From contig NC_081395.1 of assembly GCF_030684315.1 (NCBI RefSeq), positions 6,121,858-6,185,857 of the forward strand: 64,000 bases of DNA, written 5' to 3'. Within the stretch, counting starts at the first letter, position 1. Each line of letters begins with the position of its first letter. Under the pieces are notes generated by a model. That model did no database searches and was not told where the DNA came from. It saw only the letters and a program-made list of their open reading frames with translations. The position numbers and the translations under genes were made by a program. Of the stretch, positions 62,108-64,000 are shown one piece after another. This DNA comes from Stegostoma tigrinum (lineage: Eukaryota).

Positions 62108-62520
62108 ATCAGTCTTCTCTGAACTGTTTCCGGTGCATTCACATCACAAGATAAACCAACTCCGCCATATTCTTCTCGTTAACACTGGGCGGTCTGTGGG
62201 ATCTTGCTGTGCACAAACCAACTGCCACCTGTGCCACTTAGCCACTGTAAAGAGAAATGTTCCCCATTCGAGAATGGCTTTGGGGGCATTCCTGAGGTGG
62301 GAATGGGTACTAGTGAAATGCAAGCCTTTGAAGGGCGGAGGGGTGTGGAGGGAGAATGGTTACAGGAATGGTTCGCAAGTTTACCGGGAACAGGTTGACA
62401 CTATGGATAAGTAGGGAGGGCCTGGAGAGAAAGGGATAGTTTGAGTTGGGGGGAGAGAAGAGAGAACCAAGCAGTTTGATATGTTAAAACCCTTCAGCAT
62501 GTGGCCTGGTGGCTGAGTGC

Positions 62521-62720
62521 NNNNNNNNNNNNNNNNNNNNNNNNNNNNNNNNNNNNNNNNNNNNNNNNNNNNNNNNNNNNNNNNNNNNNNNNNNNNNNNN
62601 NNNNNNNNNNNNNNNNNNNNNNNNNNNNNNNNNNNNNNNNNNNNNNNNNNNNNNNNNNNNNNNNNNNNNNNNNNNNNNNNNNNNNNNNNNNNNNNNNNNN
62701 NNNNNNNNNNNNNNNNNNNN
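62521..62720. other. Assembly gap (200 N)
   Basis: Run of n. Confidence 1.
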
Positions 62721-64000
62721 GAAGGTGGCTGTGGGCTGCTCTGTGACCCCCACCCTCCTTTTGGCTGTGGCTCAGCCCCCTTACCCCTGTAGTCCCTCTG
62801 CAACTGAGGAAGCATCCCTCTCCGAGACAAGGCAGAATCCCCCCGCCCCCCCCCCCCCCCGGCGTGGATTCCCCTGGGAACAGCCGCGAGCTGTGGCTTC
62901 AAGCTCACCGCCACCTTTAGGCCCCAGTGAACCAGTTCCCTATCCCTGGCAGACAACCTCTACCATCCAGAAGGGGGCAAGAGCACCCGAATCATGGGAG
63001 CACCACCCCTCTGTGCGTGTTCCTCCCTGAGCCGCACCCCATCACTTCTCCAACAGGAACTGAGAGCCTCGGTGAGGTTGGGTGTCAAAGTTACTGCTGA
63101 CCCGAGGGAGTGGGGCACCCTCCCAGCCCCTTGTATTCCAGTGTTGAGCGCAAGTTGTTCGGCTCTGCCTGTGGGATCTTGCTGTGTACGCAGAAGTTGC
63201 TCCGCCTGCTAACAAGCACCTGAACAGTAATGCAGAGCAGGTGATATGTTGTCCGATGTGAGTTCTTAAGCGTTCCCTGCTCGGGACACATTATATTTAG
63301 AGCGTTAGTTGTCTGTCTGGAATTCCCTCCTGGTGAGGGTGGGGTGAGCTTTCTTCTTGATGCGTTGCGTTGCATGCGATTCACCGAGACCCATAATGCT
63401 GCGGGGGGGGGGCGCCCACAGTGCAGGTTGAGGGAGCAAGTTCCACAAGGTAGAACCAGCGACCCTGAAGGAGTGGCCGATACGTTTCCAGGTCAGGATG
63501 GAGTGCGGCTCGGGGAGGAATGCGCACAGAGGGGTGGTGCTCCCATGATTCAAGTCCTCTTGCCCCTTCTGGGTGGTAGAGGTTGTGGATTTGTTAAGGT
63601 GCTGCGTAGTAAGGAGGCTTGGTGAGATGGCGCAGTGCATCTCGTAGATGATGCGTACTCCTGCCACACCAAAGCGGAGAGTGAGGATGTGATACCAGGC
63701 CCTGGGACACTGTTGACCTTCTTGAGTGTTGTTGGAACTGCCCCCATCTGGAGCATGTACTAATGGAGTGGGGAGCATAGGTACTGTCTTGAATTTTGTT
63801 CACCCCTCTAGGACTGTAAATGATACAATTTAGACTTCCGTACTCTAGTCTGATCACCAGCTCAGTGAGCCTAATTTAAAACCATATCTATTCATATTGT
63901 TTGCCCACCTGCAATTAATCCCCTTCTATGTCAAATATTTTCACCTTGAACATATTGATCGCCTCTCAGTGTCAGTGCCGAGGGAGCGGGCACTGTCGGA

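Noticed and set aside
62381-63030. ORFs spanning 62521-62720
   Set aside because: Artefacts of the N gap.

Overview
Repeat-rich vertebrate DNA, most likely from an elasmobranch (shark). This is inferred from the CR1/HER1-like LINEs, HE1-like and Deu-domain SINEs and Penelope-type fragments. There are three host genes. (1) A BTB/POZ + 2xC2H2 gene with a single coding exon, best read as ZBTB3 (+, 17499-19106), with a CpG-island promoter near 10.0-10.95 kb. (2) A complete 13-exon adenylosuccinate synthetase (-, 49694-27201, 1386 nt, 461 aa, all introns GT-AG) whose residues are a mixture of ADSS1-like and ADSS2-like. (3) The first two coding exons of a TMEM179-type gene (+, from 54615). The block looks like a further ohnolog of the human ZBTB18-ADSS2 and TMEM179-ADSS1-ZBTB42 regions, carrying an ADSS copy that mammals lack. 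The most striking non-genic signal is about 15 short (100-240 bp) elements built on minimal hammerhead-ribozyme motifs (CUGANGA...GAAA-CG-UH). Many are fold-back palindromes with a 34-45 nt unpaired tail, three have 14-bp target-site duplications, and one is a 127-bp head-to-tail tandem. They look like a Penelope-mobilised, ribozyme-bearing non-autonomous family. Other features: an exact 235-bp local duplication, helically phased PBX/PREP-CCAAT and NRF1 promoter arrays, several minisatellites grown from retroposon sequence, and a 200-N gap. Gene and repeat family names come from recalled sequences, not database searches, and repeat boundaries are approximate.
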